64,000 nt of DNA from Octopus vulgaris (taxonomy: Eukaryota): contig OX597830.1 in the NCBI GenBank assembly GCA_951406725.2, positions 76,074,001-76,138,000 of the forward strand, in the 5' to 3' direction. Positions 42,256-56,196 of this stretch are shown here, one piece after another. Both the position numbers and the translations under genes were made by a program. Each line of letters opens with the position of its first letter. The stretch's first letter is position 1. The notes beneath the pieces were generated by a model, which was not told the DNA's origin, did not search any database, and saw only the letters and a list, made by a program, of their open reading frames with translations.

Positions 42256-43029
42256 TATACACATAAACATGTTTGTGTGTAAGTGTTTGTGCGTAAGGAA
42301 AGAGAGAAAGAGGGAGGTAGAGCTTAGAGAGAGAGAGCAAGGGAAATGGGGAGAAAGAGTAAGAGAAAGGAAGGAGAAAGAAGACAGAGACAGAATGCCA
42401 GAATGTGAGAGAGAGAGGGTATCTAGGTCTCAACCAAAAGGATAAAAATCTCATTTATTTGTAATATTAAACTTAACATTTAGTGAAGTATGTTGAAAGA
42501 GAGTTTAGTTTGTACTTGAGTTTAACACAGCTGTTAAAGTAGGGGATTATACACACACATTCACACAAACACACACTCACAAACAAACACACATGCGAAC
42601 GCACACACATCCATTCATACACTCATACACTCACATTCATATCTATACACACATATATATATACATACGCGTTCATATTCTTTTCCTGCTTTCCGTCATT
42701 TGATGGCCGCCATCTTGAGAACGGCCTTCTGGGAATTTTTTAATTGATTGGACTACTTAATACTGGCCGGTACCGCTTTTATCGTTTTCTAATTGTCAAA
42801 GTGCTAGGTTTAACAATAAACGTGATACTAAAACATCACCAGGTTTTAATAATACGGCCTAATCTTATGCGCAAACATGTAAGTACGAACAGTTATATAC
42901 GTGCCCGCACACCCATACACATGCACACACACACACACACACACAAACACTTAGGGACGTATATGTATATATGTGTATATATATACACATATATATATGT
43001 ATGTATATATATATGTATATATGTATGTT

Positions 43030-43060
<31 letters not shown>

Positions 43061-43181
43061 ATATACGTATATATATATATATATATGTATATATAAACAC
43101 ATGTATGTATATATATAATATACACATATATATATAATATATATATATATACACATATAATATATATGTATGTATATATAT

Positions 43182-45420
43182 ATAAACTTAGATAAACTTA
43201 GATATGTTTCGACCAAAGATTGGTCCAGGCCATGTCTAACTTAATAGCACCACCTGATAGGATTATTCGAATCCTGTTTAAGTCAAGTTTTGTTTAAGTC
43301 AAGTTTTGTTCAAGTAGTGAGTTCTTGTTGGGTGAGTTGTATCCAGTTTTGTTCAAGTAGTGAGTTCTTGTTGGGTGAGTTGTATCCAATTATGGGTGGC
43401 TTATCTGGTATTCTTTGAAGGAATCTATCCAGACTCTGTTTAAAGTTGATGGGATCCTTTTCCTCTTTGATCTCCCTCGGGACAATGTTAAATAGGGCAG
43501 GGCCTGTTGAGGAAAAGAAATTATGTTGCAGTGTACATGTATGTTGTGATCTTGAATTGGGCAGGGGACGTATAGCCCGTGGTCCAAGTCTTGGATGAAC
43601 CTTGAAGCTAATGTTTAGGTCGTTTGGGCAAAGTTGGCGGTATATTTTCCACATCGTACAAATGATGTACCGCTCACGGCGACGCTGGAGGGAGTAAAGT
43701 TTCAAGGCTTTAAGGCGATCCCAATAATCGAGAGCAGCCATGCCTTCAATTTGTTTAGTGAGTGCCCTCTGGGGTGACTCAATTCTGGAGATGTTTTGTC
43801 TTGTGTGAGGAGACCACAGTGGGCAGCAGTATTCAAGGTGTGGCCGTACAAAGGAGGAAAAAAGTGGTATGATGACACCTTGTTCTCTGGACCGGAAAGT
43901 TCTTAAGATCCAGGAACTCATCCTACGAGCTATATCGACCTTCTTGTTGATGTGTGCACTCCAACTGAGATCGTCATCAACAATTACACCCAGGTCTCTG
44001 ATATTGTTAGAGGCTGTGAGCGGTTCCCCTGAAGGAAGAGAGTATGGTTGTTTTAGTGAGGAATTTCTTCCAAAATGCATCAGCTCAAATTTTCCCTCAT
44101 TCAGTTGCATTTTGTTTCTGTCTGCCCATTGACTCACAGCATATAGATCAGACTGGAGTTGAGTTCGGTCTGCTTCTTCATTGACGATTTGCTGGAGCTT
44201 AGTGTCATCAGCAAATATTTTCACTTTGCAGTAATGTACGACACTGGAAAGGTCGTTTACGTAAATTATGAAGAGTAGCGGACCCAAAACAGTTCCCTGG
44301 GGAACACCGCTGGTGACTTTTGCTGGGTTTGAGTGGACTCCATCAACTACAACATGTTGTGTTCTATTCGCCAGGAAATACTTAATCCAGTGTAGAACTT
44401 TTCCACGGATTCCAACGTTTGCCAATTTTGAGAGTAGGATGTTATGGTCTACCCTGTCGAACGCTTTACTGAAGTCAAGATATATGACGTCAGAGTTCGA
44501 ACCTGTTCCCAAGGCTTTGAGTACATCTTCAATGTGGTGTAAGAGCTGTGTTAGACAGTCCCTGCCACAGCGAAAGCCATGCTGATTTGCATTTAGGAGT
44601 TTGTGGGTCTCCAGGAAGTCAGCTATCCTTGATCTTAACACTCTTTCAAACACTTTAATGATGTGGGAGGTGAGTGAGATTGGGCGATAGTTGACTGCGA
44701 GGGATCTGTTTCCCTGTTTGAAAACCGGGATGACCGACTGGGATAGAAACTGTTTCGGTATATAACCTGCGTCTAACGAATTTCTCCAGAGGTTGGTCAG
44801 AGGGACTGCAAGTTGGTATCTACATTCCTTCAGGAGACTAGCGGGAAATCTATCAGGGCCTACAGCAGAGTAATGTTTGACCTCATTTATTGCTGCTACG
44901 ATGTCGAGTGGCAGTGAAGGTTATGTCTGATATTTTGTGTTGGAAGTCAACTTCGTTCGTTTCCCTTACGTCAATATCAGTGGGAACACTAAAGACAGAG
45001 CAGTATTGTTTCTGCAGTATTTCTGCCATTTCTTTAGCATCGTGTTGGGGAATGCCGTTATCATCAATCAATGGCCCAATGGGTGAGACAGTGGTTCTAT
45101 GCTTATTTGCATAAGAATAGAACACTTTTGGGTTCTGTTTGATGTTTTTGATTACCCATTGTTCCTCCACAGCTCTTTGATTTTCAATGGAGGTTTTCAT
45201 GTTGGTCTGCAGATGAAGTTTTTCCAGCTCTAGTATTTTCATTGTTGTTGAATGTGGATGTTGTGTGTGGGAATATTTTAATTGGTTGATTTTTTTGTTG
45301 AGTCTTTTGATGCGCCTGATGAGTGTTTTTTTTCTTTTTAGGGAGCCGGTTTCTGTTTGTGTTAGTAGATTTCTTGGGAGCGTGTTTAGAGCATGTATAG
45401 GTGACAATGTTTTCAAAGTG
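43182..45420 (-). mobile_element. 5'-truncated CR1-group LINE with RT domain and intact 3' tail
   Basis: ORF2 remnant, 3' UTR GGTGGTGC..CATGGCC-hairpin-GAAAC and (ATCTAAGTTT)x2 tail. Flanked by TA microsatellites. Confidence 0.92.
43310..45416 (-). pseudogene. LINE ORF2 reverse transcriptase, one frameshift near 44907
   Basis: The frame is open from ~44906 (DIVAAI..GPDRFP..NYRPISLTS) through QHGFR, YLDFSKAFDRV, SGVPQGTVLGPLLF, FADDTK, DLGV, PHLEYC and SLQRRRER. The upstream frame has NPKVFYSY. No APE domain is present. Confidence 0.92.
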
Positions 45421-45521
<101 letters not shown>

Positions 45522-45546
45522 TGTGTCTGTGTGTGTGTCTGTGTGT

Positions 45547-45820
45547 AGGAACTCACGTAGCCTAGCGGTTAGGGTTTTGCATCCACGTACGCAAGATCTT
45601 GATTTCGGTCACCAGACTGACGGAGCGTTTTGTTTATGAGCAAATCATTTCAGTCAACTGAGCTGTGAACAGGTAACCCTGCGAAAGACTGGTGTCCCTT
45701 TCAGGGAGAACGTTAATCTGTCCGCGCCTAGCAAGCAGAGTGGCATCATTCGCAAGCTATAGGCATGCGGGAAAGTGCATTGTGACCAGTGTTATATAAC
45801 ATTATCAAGTGTCTGGTTGA
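45547..45820 (+). mobile_element. diverged tRNA-headed SINE family D (V-domain-like centre)
   Basis: A-box-like TAGCCTAGCGG, GGTAACCCTGCGA..GACTGG.GTCCC..CAGGG resembling the V-SINE domain as I recall it, and tail GTGGCATCATTCG..GCATTGTGACCAG. Confidence 0.55.
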
Positions 45821-45914
45821 TACATTCATATATATGTACATATATATATGCCACCATACTCAATCGTTAAATCCACAGGGTTTTTTTTTATTCCCTCTGT
45901 TTCTTTTCTCTTAT

Positions 45915-45953
45915 TCTTTTCTGTTGAAGAGCTTAGGCTCGAAACGTAAAAGA
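45915..45953 (+). ncRNA. minimal hammerhead motif with zero-loop stem III (A6U core variant)
   Basis: TTTT-CTGTTGA-A-GAGC-TTAG-GCTC-GAAAC-GTA-AAAG, stem III ACGT palindrome, inside a ~170 bp repeat (45870-46042). Confidence 0.6.
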
Positions 45954-46049
45954 CTTTCTCACTTTCCCGAAGCGTCAAACTAATACACCTGCTTGTTTTT
46001 CATACATTTGTCTTCGTCTTTTGTTTACCTGTAAATTTCAACACACACA

Positions 46050-46127
<78 letters not shown>

Positions 46128-46394
46128 TACTCGAGTGATATAGACACATAGGGGCGGTTTCACTGTTTCTGTAGCACTAATATCTGACCTTGCGTGAGGC
46201 ATCGGTCCTTAGCAGCATGAAATGAAGAGCGTTGCGGAAGAATACAACGCGTCGCCCGTTCGAGTAATCGAACCAGCAATCTTAAGATCATGAGTTCCAC
46301 ACTATCCTCTAAGCCACCAATGGAGATGGTGGTGAGGTTGTTCTTGCTGTTGTAGTGGTGGTGGTAGGAATGATGATGATGATGACGATGATGA

Positions 46395-46428
<34 letters not shown>

Positions 46429-47012
46429 GGTGTTGATGACGGTGTTGTCGTTGGTGGTGGTGGTGGGGGTGGTGATGGTAGTGATGGTGGTCGTGGTGAT
46501 GGCTGTGTTGGTGGTGTGGTAGGAGTGGTGATGGTAATGGTGAAGGCAGTGGTGACGCTGCTGCTTCTGGTGGTGATGAATGTCATCATCGTGGTGGCAG
46601 TGGTGGTGGTGGTGATGGTATTGGTGATTGCGGTGTCGGTGATAATGTTCGCGGAGAAGGGGGTGATGGTGATGATGATGATGATGATGATGTTGATGGC
46701 AGTGGTTTTGGTGGTGGTGGTGGTGATGGTTAACATGATCGTGATGATGACTTATGACCACGATGATGATGATGATAGCTGAGTGGTGGTGGTGGTGGTG
46801 GTGGTGGGTTGAGATATGACGTTAGTGGTGGTGGTGGTGGTGGTTGTGATGTGACGTTAGTGGTGGTGGTGGAGGAGGAGGAGGTGATGATGATAATGTT
46901 GATGAAGATGTTGATGATGATGATAATGTAGTGTTGGTGGTGGTTGTGGTGGTGATAATGATGACCTGGTGGTGCTGTTGGTGACGCAAAAACTATAAAC
47001 AATAAGAGAGAA

Positions 47013-47061
<49 letters not shown>

Positions 47062-47186
47062 CATCGGAAGAAAATTGAGCTGTATAACCTCCAAGCAACA
47101 TATGGTGTGATGAAGCAATGAAAATCAATCACTTAAAGTATGATTAATATAGAAGAAATAACAAACATATAAAGAAATAAGAAACT

Positions 47187-47238
<52 letters not shown>

Positions 47239-47679
47239 ACACACACACACACACAAGCTCCCTACACGAACACACTACTTGAACACACAACACACAACAC
47301 ACATACACACTACACATAAATATCCACCAAACACACACAGTGTGTATATTAACATACACTCTGTTAAATACAAGGAAGAACAAAATACACAATCATAACT
47401 CACACACATGCTCTGATACATACAAACACTCAAACACATACGCACACACATACACACAAACGCACACACACACATGCACGCGGTGTATATGTGGACGCGG
47501 GCTCTATTATGATATATTGGGGGTTGACCCCTAATGCTACGAATCTTCGTTGGATTCTTCTTTGCATTTAAACCTGTCATACAGGCGCACATATTCGCTG
47601 AGATGCACCACACATACTCCTATGAGTGTATATGAGGGCGTATATGTGTGTATGCATATGTATGTGTAAATCTATGTGT

Positions 47680-47750
<71 letters not shown>

Positions 47751-47858
47751 TACTTATATATGTTTATATGCATCTATATGCATATGCGTGTAGCTATATA
47801 AATGTATAAATGAATATATAATATATTTTTATCTATCTATCTATCTATCTATCTATTA

Positions 47859-47908
<50 letters not shown>

Positions 47909-48015
47909 AATATATATATATATATATATATACACGCATACTGTTTCAGTGTGTGTATATATATATATAAAAGTGTGTGTGTGTATGTGCCTATTTGTAT
48001 ATATATATATATATA

Positions 48016-48067
<52 letters not shown>

Positions 48068-48842
48068 AACACTCACGTACCGTCTGTGTATATATACACA
48101 CACACATTTCCTTTGTAAATATAGATATGTAGATAAAAACATACATAATAATATATATATGTATATATTTATATTATGTATGTATATTTATATACATATA
48201 CATATGTGTATATAAATATATACACATATGTCTATATACTTCTCTGCACATACGCACATGCGCAAACTCACAAAAACACATACACACGCGCACGTTTCCA
48301 GTCTTAGATTAAAATGAATGGCCTTATTAATACCTTCCCTCTTTGGCGCAAAAGCCGAAAGTTGGTAGGTTAAACTGGACCACTGTTATAGAGGGTTATA
48401 TCTAGCTAATCGGTTCGTGATTTATCAAGTCCAGGATGGAAGAAATATCAAGTGAAATCCAGTGGGATTTGGACGTGAGTCGTTCAATTGAAATTTTGTT
48501 CCACGCACTACCATTTTTGTCTCATTTATTAGCATGGCATCTTCAGGATAATATTTTCTAAGAAACTGGCAAATTCTGCGAAAGATCCGTGCTTGTAACC
48601 ACGTGTTTTCGGGTTTAGTCTCATCGGGCAAAGGTCTCTTACTTTACCTCCAAGACGACCAATGCTTTGTACATTGATTTATATCCTTTTCTTGTGTTAC
48701 TGTGGCCATGCTGGGGCACTGCTTTGAAGGGATTTAGTCGAATGAATGACCGCAGGTTGTTTTATCTACTAATTTCATCTCGAGAGCTACGGCCATCTGG
48801 GTCACCGTTTATAATATATATATTATATTATATTACATTTTT

Positions 48843-48963
48843 GGCCTGCTTGCTTAACCAGCGGGGTGGCGTCAGTTGAAGGCTAAAACAATGTGAAGCG
48901 CATTGTGACTAGCGATGTGTAGCAACATCTGAGAGCCTGGTCGGTCACGGTGATCACAGTGAT
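48843..48963 (+). mobile_element. SINE family D 3' end
   Basis: Reverse complement of 33411-33531, with tail GGTCACGGTGATCACAGTGAT. Confidence 0.8.
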
Positions 48964-49582
48964 ATTACATTTTACATATACACCATGTTTCCTTTTATGA
49001 TGCAGGTCAATCACAAAGCCCTTTGTGCGATTTTCTTGAAATTTTTACAGGCCCTTTAGGATTATGTATCCCATGTCTTGTGTACGTTTCGTCTAAATCG
49101 GTGTATATTTAAAACAGAAATGAAGAAAAATACGGTTATAGCGTGTTTCTTTATATTATACAAGTTAACAAGTATTAAAATACGTGTATTGTGATCTACA
49201 TATTGAACAATACATAACCAGGCCATTAATATATTTGTATATCTTCCACCATATAATTATATTTACAAATAGTTCTGTATATATTTTACATCTTTGTATT
49301 GCCTCCTTTACCATCTATAACTTTAGATATTCTCTCATCAAATGATTTTGTCAATTTCTCAACAATGTCCGTTTTAAAATTACTTGCAGCACTCTTAGAA
49401 AACCCCTTTTCTATGCCATCTTTTCTGCCTCATCGAAAAGAATAGAAGGGAACTCATACCATTTCGCACCGGTCTGTGCATTATAAGTATAAGCTGAAAC
49501 AACTGGTTATTGATACTGGTTTGGCCATGGCAAATATTGTATATCTATGTGTGTGTGTGCGTGTGTGCATGTGCGTGTGAGT

Positions 49583-49882
49583 GTGAGGGCATGTGGCCAA
49601 GTGTTCAAGGTGTTGCTTTCACGATTGCTACAACGTCGGATCGATTCCCGAACCGGGCGGCACGTTGCGTTCTGGAGCGAAAGACCTCATCTCACGTTGC
49701 TCTGCGATGACTTCGACATTTGACACCTGATACACCGTGCACCTTTACAGGTAAAGTCTATTTTGATAGAAGGAGTTTAGCTTAACGTACAACACGTATA
49801 TTTGATCGCTATAAACAAAATGATTTGTGGAGGTCGTTCAGCAAGACTGAACCCCACTACATCGTTTTCGACAGGAGACTCC
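49583..49882 (+). mobile_element. diverged tRNA-headed SINE, possibly related to family C
   Basis: TGGCCAAGTG A-box-like and GGATCGATTCCCGAACCGGGCG (compare the family C head TTCGATTCCCAGACCGGGCG). Confidence 0.5.
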
Positions 49883-50603
49883 ATTACATATACATGTGTA
49901 CGTGCATATGTGTGTGTATATATAATATATATCTGTCTCTCTCTCTCACCCTTCTCTGTATGTATGTATGTATGTATGTATGTATATATGTATGCATGTA
50001 TGTACGTATGTATGTATGTGTGTATGTATGTATGCATGTATGTATGTATGTATGTATGTATGTGTGCATGCATGTATGTATGTATGTATGTATGTATATA
50101 TGTATGTATTTGTGTGTGTATGTAGCTACATATTTCTACTTTGGTCCCAAGTCTATCAAACTGAATTAATATCAAGATACTGACATTTCGTATCAATATT
50201 CTCGAAGACACTACGCAAAATATACATCAATCTTTGAATACCCATGTGTCAGCTGGATGCCATATTGTTATAGAATCTTGTCGTATATTCATATGTGTGT
50301 ATGTATGCATATATATATATATGTGTGTGTGTGTGTGCGTGTGTGTGTATGTCTGTGTATATATATATATATATATATATAAATATACATAAATATATAT
50401 ACACACACACATATATATATATACATATATACACATATATACATATATGTATATATACGCATATATATACATATACATTTATATATATGTATGTATATAT
50501 ATGTATATATGTATAGATATGTATACATATACACACATATACACGTATATATATATATACATATGTATAGGTATATATATATATATATATGTATATGTAT
50601 ATG

Positions 50604-50659
<56 letters not shown>

Positions 50660-51553
50660 TATACATACACGTATATACATGTGTGTGTGTATGTGTATAG
50701 TCTTATGCCTATGCATGTATGAACATATGTATAAAAATTATACGTGACCTACATTATATGTATTTTTATAATTCTTTAATGAATTGGTAGTTTTTTGCTA
50801 TCTTTTTATTATTTAATGTGTGTACGTCATTGTTTTCCGATCTTAACGCGCACGCGCGCGCGCGTGTGTGTGTGTGTATATCTCATCTTTCGTTAGCTGT
50901 CTATGCTCACACACACACACGCACACACACACACACGCACACACACGCAGACACACACACACAATATATGTGTATATTCATGTATATAAATATATATATA
51001 TGCATATATACATTGCATGTATATATATATGTGTGTGGGTGTATGTGTGTATATCTATCTGTGTGCGTATGTGCGTGTGTGCGTGAGCGCATGTGCATTA
51101 TACATTTTATATGCATATGTATATGTGTTTTTTTTTATTTTATTCATTCATTTCCTCCTTCATTCATTATCATTACAATTCATTATATGTGTTCATATAT
51201 TTATTACTATTTTCATTATTTTGGAGGCCGTTCGGGGAATTTCGTCTGGCAGGCAATTTTAACATCTGACCCTTGAGGTCACTTATGATGAAGCTAGCAT
51301 CATCTCACTCAGTTCTCTCGCTTGTCTCACTCTCTTACTCTCTCTCACTCGCTCACTGGCTCACTTTTCCCCACTCAGTCTCTCACTCAACCCTTGCTCT
51401 CCTCAACATCCGCTCTGTACCATGAGCAATTGTTTCAAATGTCCTCCGGGTAACATCCGATACATCCTACACGTAACCACAGCCACCGCCACCGCCGCCG
51501 CCGACGACAGCATTGCCACCACCGTCGCCACCTCCGCCGCTGCCGCCGCCACC

Positions 51554-51584
<31 letters not shown>

Positions 51585-51926
51585 TCAACAATTCCAAAAC
51601 CTTCATCACAGCTGCCAGCAACACCATCAACGCAACCACAGCCACTGCTAATACAACCCCATCATGACCACCACTAATAAAATCATATTTAACTGCATAA
51701 CACACAAACACATACGCACTTGCATACTCGTGCACACACAAACACACACCGCCCCCACCAACTTCTCAAAGAAGTTGCCGGGAAGAGATCGCCTGATCTT
51801 CAGATTGAAAAGTTAGTACATATCTATGTATTTGTATATAAGCATATATATATATATGTATATATATATATGTGTGTGTGTATATATATTTTTATATGCA
51901 TAATTATATATATATGTATATATGTG

Positions 51927-51961
<35 letters not shown>

Positions 51962-52340
51962 ATGTGTATGTATATATATATATGCGTGTGTATGTGTGGT
52001 GTATGTGTGTGTGTGCGTGTGTGTGCATTTGCGTGTTGTGTATAAATCATGTATATATTACATATGTAAGATAAGCTATACTATGCCTGAAATATGCGAA
52101 ATAAATGGGTGGGCCATATTTGGAATACAAGGCTTTTTATCGTAGGCTTTCTACACTTTGTGAGCTAAGAAGAAAATTCTCTTCAGCAAAGCAAATACTA
52201 AAACAACAACGTATATAATATACACATAAATATATACTCGTAAATATATACACGTCTTTATATATCGAATCTACAGTAACCATATATTCACACACGCGCG
52301 GGCGTATAGATACACCATCTTGAGTATATATTCATACATA

Positions 52341-52382
<42 letters not shown>

Positions 52383-53446
52383 CACATATGTATATACACA
52401 TACACAGAGATTCATGACTATACATATACACATACACGCACGCGCGCGTACACACATGCGCACAATCACAAGTACACAGACATCCATACGCATACACATA
52501 AACACACACACACACACATACACACACAAATGTAAATACACTCAATCATCACTCATTAACCAAAATCCCTTCTGTAACGTTCACACATGATTGACCAGCA
52601 GCCGGGAGTAACAAAGTAATTAACGAGAAAATCACCCGCACTAACCATGATCGATCTGTTTAGACAATCAAACGGCTTGACCTCTGTCCACTTATACTGT
52701 CCAGCCAACATCACCCCCACCATCTTCCACCTTCCAGACCATATGATATGGTCCACCTTCCAAATTAGTAGTTATAATTTTTATATTTATTTGTCTTTCG
52801 TTCGTTTCTTTTATTTAGCTTTTGCTTTCTTCCTTATTTTATATTATTTTTATAACTTTATGCACCTCGTCAGGTTATTATCGCTGTCAAGCGTCTATAT
52901 ATATATGTATGTGTCTGTGTATGCGAGTATGTTTACGTGTGCGTGTGTATCTGCGCGAGCATATTTTTTATGTATTTTTTTCGTAATACGTCTTATTTTC
53001 CTTTCACATTTTTCTTCGTCTTTTCTTTTTCTTTTATATCATGTACCACATTCTTCTTCTTCTTTTTCTTCTTCTTCTTCTCCTTCTTCTTCTTCTTCTT
53101 CTTCTTCTTCTTCTTCTCCTCCTCCTCCATCTTCTTCTTCTTCTTCTTCTTCTTCTTCTTCTTCTTCTTCTTCTTCGTCTTCTCCTTCTTCTTCTTCTTC
53201 TTCTTCTTCTTCTTCTTCACCTTCATCATCATCATCTTCTTCTTCTTTTTCTTCTTTTTCTTCTTCTTCTTCTTCTTCTTCTTCAATACACAAATGTCTA
53301 TGCCATATGCTAACATATAGCACTAAAGTAGCAAGCATCGTTTTATTTTTCTCTTATCGTCGTCGTCCACTTCCTCCTCCTCCTCCTCCTCCTCCTCCTT
53401 ATCATCATCGTCATCATCTTCGTCGTGGTCGTCGTTGTCGTTGTCG

Positions 53447-53499
<53 letters not shown>

Positions 53500-54316
53500 G
53501 TCGTCGTCGTCGTCGCCATTCTGATCTTCAGCATCATCGTCGTCATCAGTACCTTTACAACTATCTACTCCTCACCACTCATCCTTCTCCTACTCCTTTC
53601 ATCATCACAATCACCAATATCATTCTCTTTCTGTCTCATTAAAACCACATATCTATTAAGCAAGAAGCACTCTGTTGTCTAGTCTTTGCTAACGAGGTCC
53701 AATAACACTGAAGCATGCCTATCATCTTTACTGCTTACCCCCAATCCTCGGTCCCACTAGCGTAGATTACATTCTTCTTCAAGCATGAGAATTAAATGTA
53801 GTTAAATGTTCATCTAAATTATGTTCTCCTTTGCCAAGAGAGATCCAAATGAATGCCGCTAGGTTATAGCTTTTCTCCTTTAATTGTTTCTCTAATTCGA
53901 CTACAGCCACGGTAGGGCACCCTCTTGAAGGGTTTAGTCGAGCAATTGGCCCCAGTCCTTATTTTTAAGCCTGATGCTTACTCAGTCGGTGTCATAAAGT
54001 AAAGCACTATGTTACGGAAGAAGTAAGCAAAGCAACACCGGTTGTCAAACAACGATGGGTATAAACGCAACACCGAGACACATACATTGACACCCCTACG
54101 TAGACACACACAGAGATGCATACACATAAACACACGCATACACATATACACACACGCATACATACATACAAACACACATGCATAAATATATATGTATATG
54201 TAAAAATGTATATATGCTCAGCTATCAATGGGGCCTAAATTTAAGTACCTCATTTAAATGAATCTTAATTACACACACACAAACACACATATATATATAT
54301 AAGTGTGTGTGTGTGC

Positions 54317-54357
<41 letters not shown>

Positions 54358-54387
54358 CATACATACATATATATGCATATATATATA

Positions 54388-54542
54388 TGAGTGGCTGAGT
54401 GATAAGAAGCTTGGTTCCCACATGGTTCCAGTTTCAGTCCCACTGCGTGGCACCTTGGGCAAACAAGTGTCTTCTGCGGTAGCCTCGGGCCGACCAAAGC
54501 ATTGTGAGTGGGTTTGGTAGACGGAAACTAAAAGAAGCCTGT

Positions 54543-54546
<4 letters not shown>
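54388..54546 (+). mobile_element. SINE family B 5' half
   Basis: Head through AAGAAGCCTGTTG, ending in its internal (TA)n next to fold-back 2. A diverged minus 3' half lies at 53875-54120. Confidence 0.8.
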
Positions 54547-54583
<37 letters not shown>

Positions 54584-54618
54584 GTGTGTGTGATTGTGTA
54601 TAGAAGAATATATTAATA

Positions 54619-55036
54619 AAAGGAATTCCAACCTTGTCTGATTTTCACGTTTTATTTACAATCTTATAATGATATATTATAAGATAATATATTATAATTG
54701 AATAAAATGAAATGAAATAGTAGAATGTTAAATATTCATTCTGATTGAACTAGTACTTTCATGCATTGAATTCTGCAATCTTCGGGTTCATGTAGTAGTG
54801 TTGACAGTCATGCTTCACAATTTTTGACAGTCAAAAATTGTGAAGCATGACTGTCAACACTACTACATGAACCCGAAGATTGCAGAATTCAATGCATAGT
54901 ACTAGTTCAATCAGAATGAATATTTAACATTCTACTATTTCATTTCATTTTATTCAATTATAATATATTATCTTATAATATATCATTATAAGATTGTAAA
55001 TAAAACGTGAAAATCAGACAAGGTTGGAATTCCTTT
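54619..55036. mobile_element. fold-back element 2: near-perfect ~418 bp palindrome with hammerhead motifs
   Basis: Arms 54619-54828 and 54830-55036 are reverse complements around one unpaired A (54829). The only difference I found is a 3-nt indel. Confidence 0.92.
54746..54790 (-). ncRNA. hammerhead motif, left arm of fold-back 2 (U4C variant)
   Basis: Minus strand TGAAC-CCGAAGA-T-TGCA-GAATTCAA-TGCA-T-GAAA-GTAC-TA-GTTCA, stem III AGTACT palindrome, CUA triplet. The mirror copy at 54868-54909 lacks GAA. Confidence 0.7.
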
Positions 55037-55038
55037 AT

Positions 55039-55111
<73 letters not shown>

Positions 55112-55163
55112 TGTATCTATATATATGCCTTTCTATATATATATACGTGTGTATATATATATT

Positions 55164-55203
<40 letters not shown>

Positions 55204-55742
55204 TACACTTATATGTGTATATATGTAAGTATGTATGTATGTATGTATGTATATATATATATGTATAAATAAGTCACACGAAATTGCTTGTAATTAAAGG
55301 AAAAGAAATGCATAATGCCTATGGCAAAAATGAAAATATACAAAGAAACATTACGCGGAATCAATGCTTATATCAACATATATCATAAAACAATCTATTA
55401 TCTAACGTTAAGGAGAAATATATGATACGTAATAAATATATTATACTCATCGGATGCATGTAATACATATGAAGTAAATGAGTACATCTTGAGCGAAATT
55501 ACTATGAAATATAACACATTCGAAAACTCATAACTGATATATATATGTGTGTGTATGTGTGTGTGTGTTTACGTGTGTGTGTATGTATGTATGTATATTT
55601 GTCAGCTGGGAGTTATGATACGCATAATGTTCCTGTTATTTAAACCAGATGCATAATAACCTCAAAGTAAATAAGCATGTCCTTATTGAAATTGTTGTGA
55701 AGTGTAACAATTGTTTGATTGCTTATTTGATTGTTTGTGCGC

Positions 55743-55784
<42 letters not shown>

Positions 55785-55819
55785 GTGTCCCGTGTGTCTG
55801 TGAGTACAGATAGATAGAG

Positions 55820-55907
<88 letters not shown>

Positions 55908-56160
55908 GCGCACGTAACGACCCACGATTACGCCTTTCCCAGCAATAAAAACGTATGTATTTCCATTATATTTCCATACATAACGCTTTACATTCACGCG
56001 TGTGTATGTGTGTGTGTCTGCATATGTGTGTGCTTGTGTCTGCGCATATGTGTGTGCTTGTGTGTGTGTGTTTTGTGGTGCAAATAAGGAACTCAGAACG
56101 TGCATATGTATCTACGTATGTATGTATGCATGTACGCATGTATGTTTGTATATGTGTGAA

Positions 56161-56196
<36 letters not shown>

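Noticed and set aside
43201-43226. Hairpin plus GAAAC on the minus strand as another hammerhead
   Set aside because: No CUGANGA-like core precedes it. It is the LINE 3' recognition stem-loop.
48425-48600. Possible small exon (GAC/GTGAGT donor at ~48474)
   Set aside because: There is no convincing acceptor or recognisable peptide, and a lone donor motif is expected by chance.
52647-53642. 331-aa ORF with Ser, Pro and His runs
   Set aside because: Its length comes from stop-free trinucleotide arrays, and there are no splice or domain signals.
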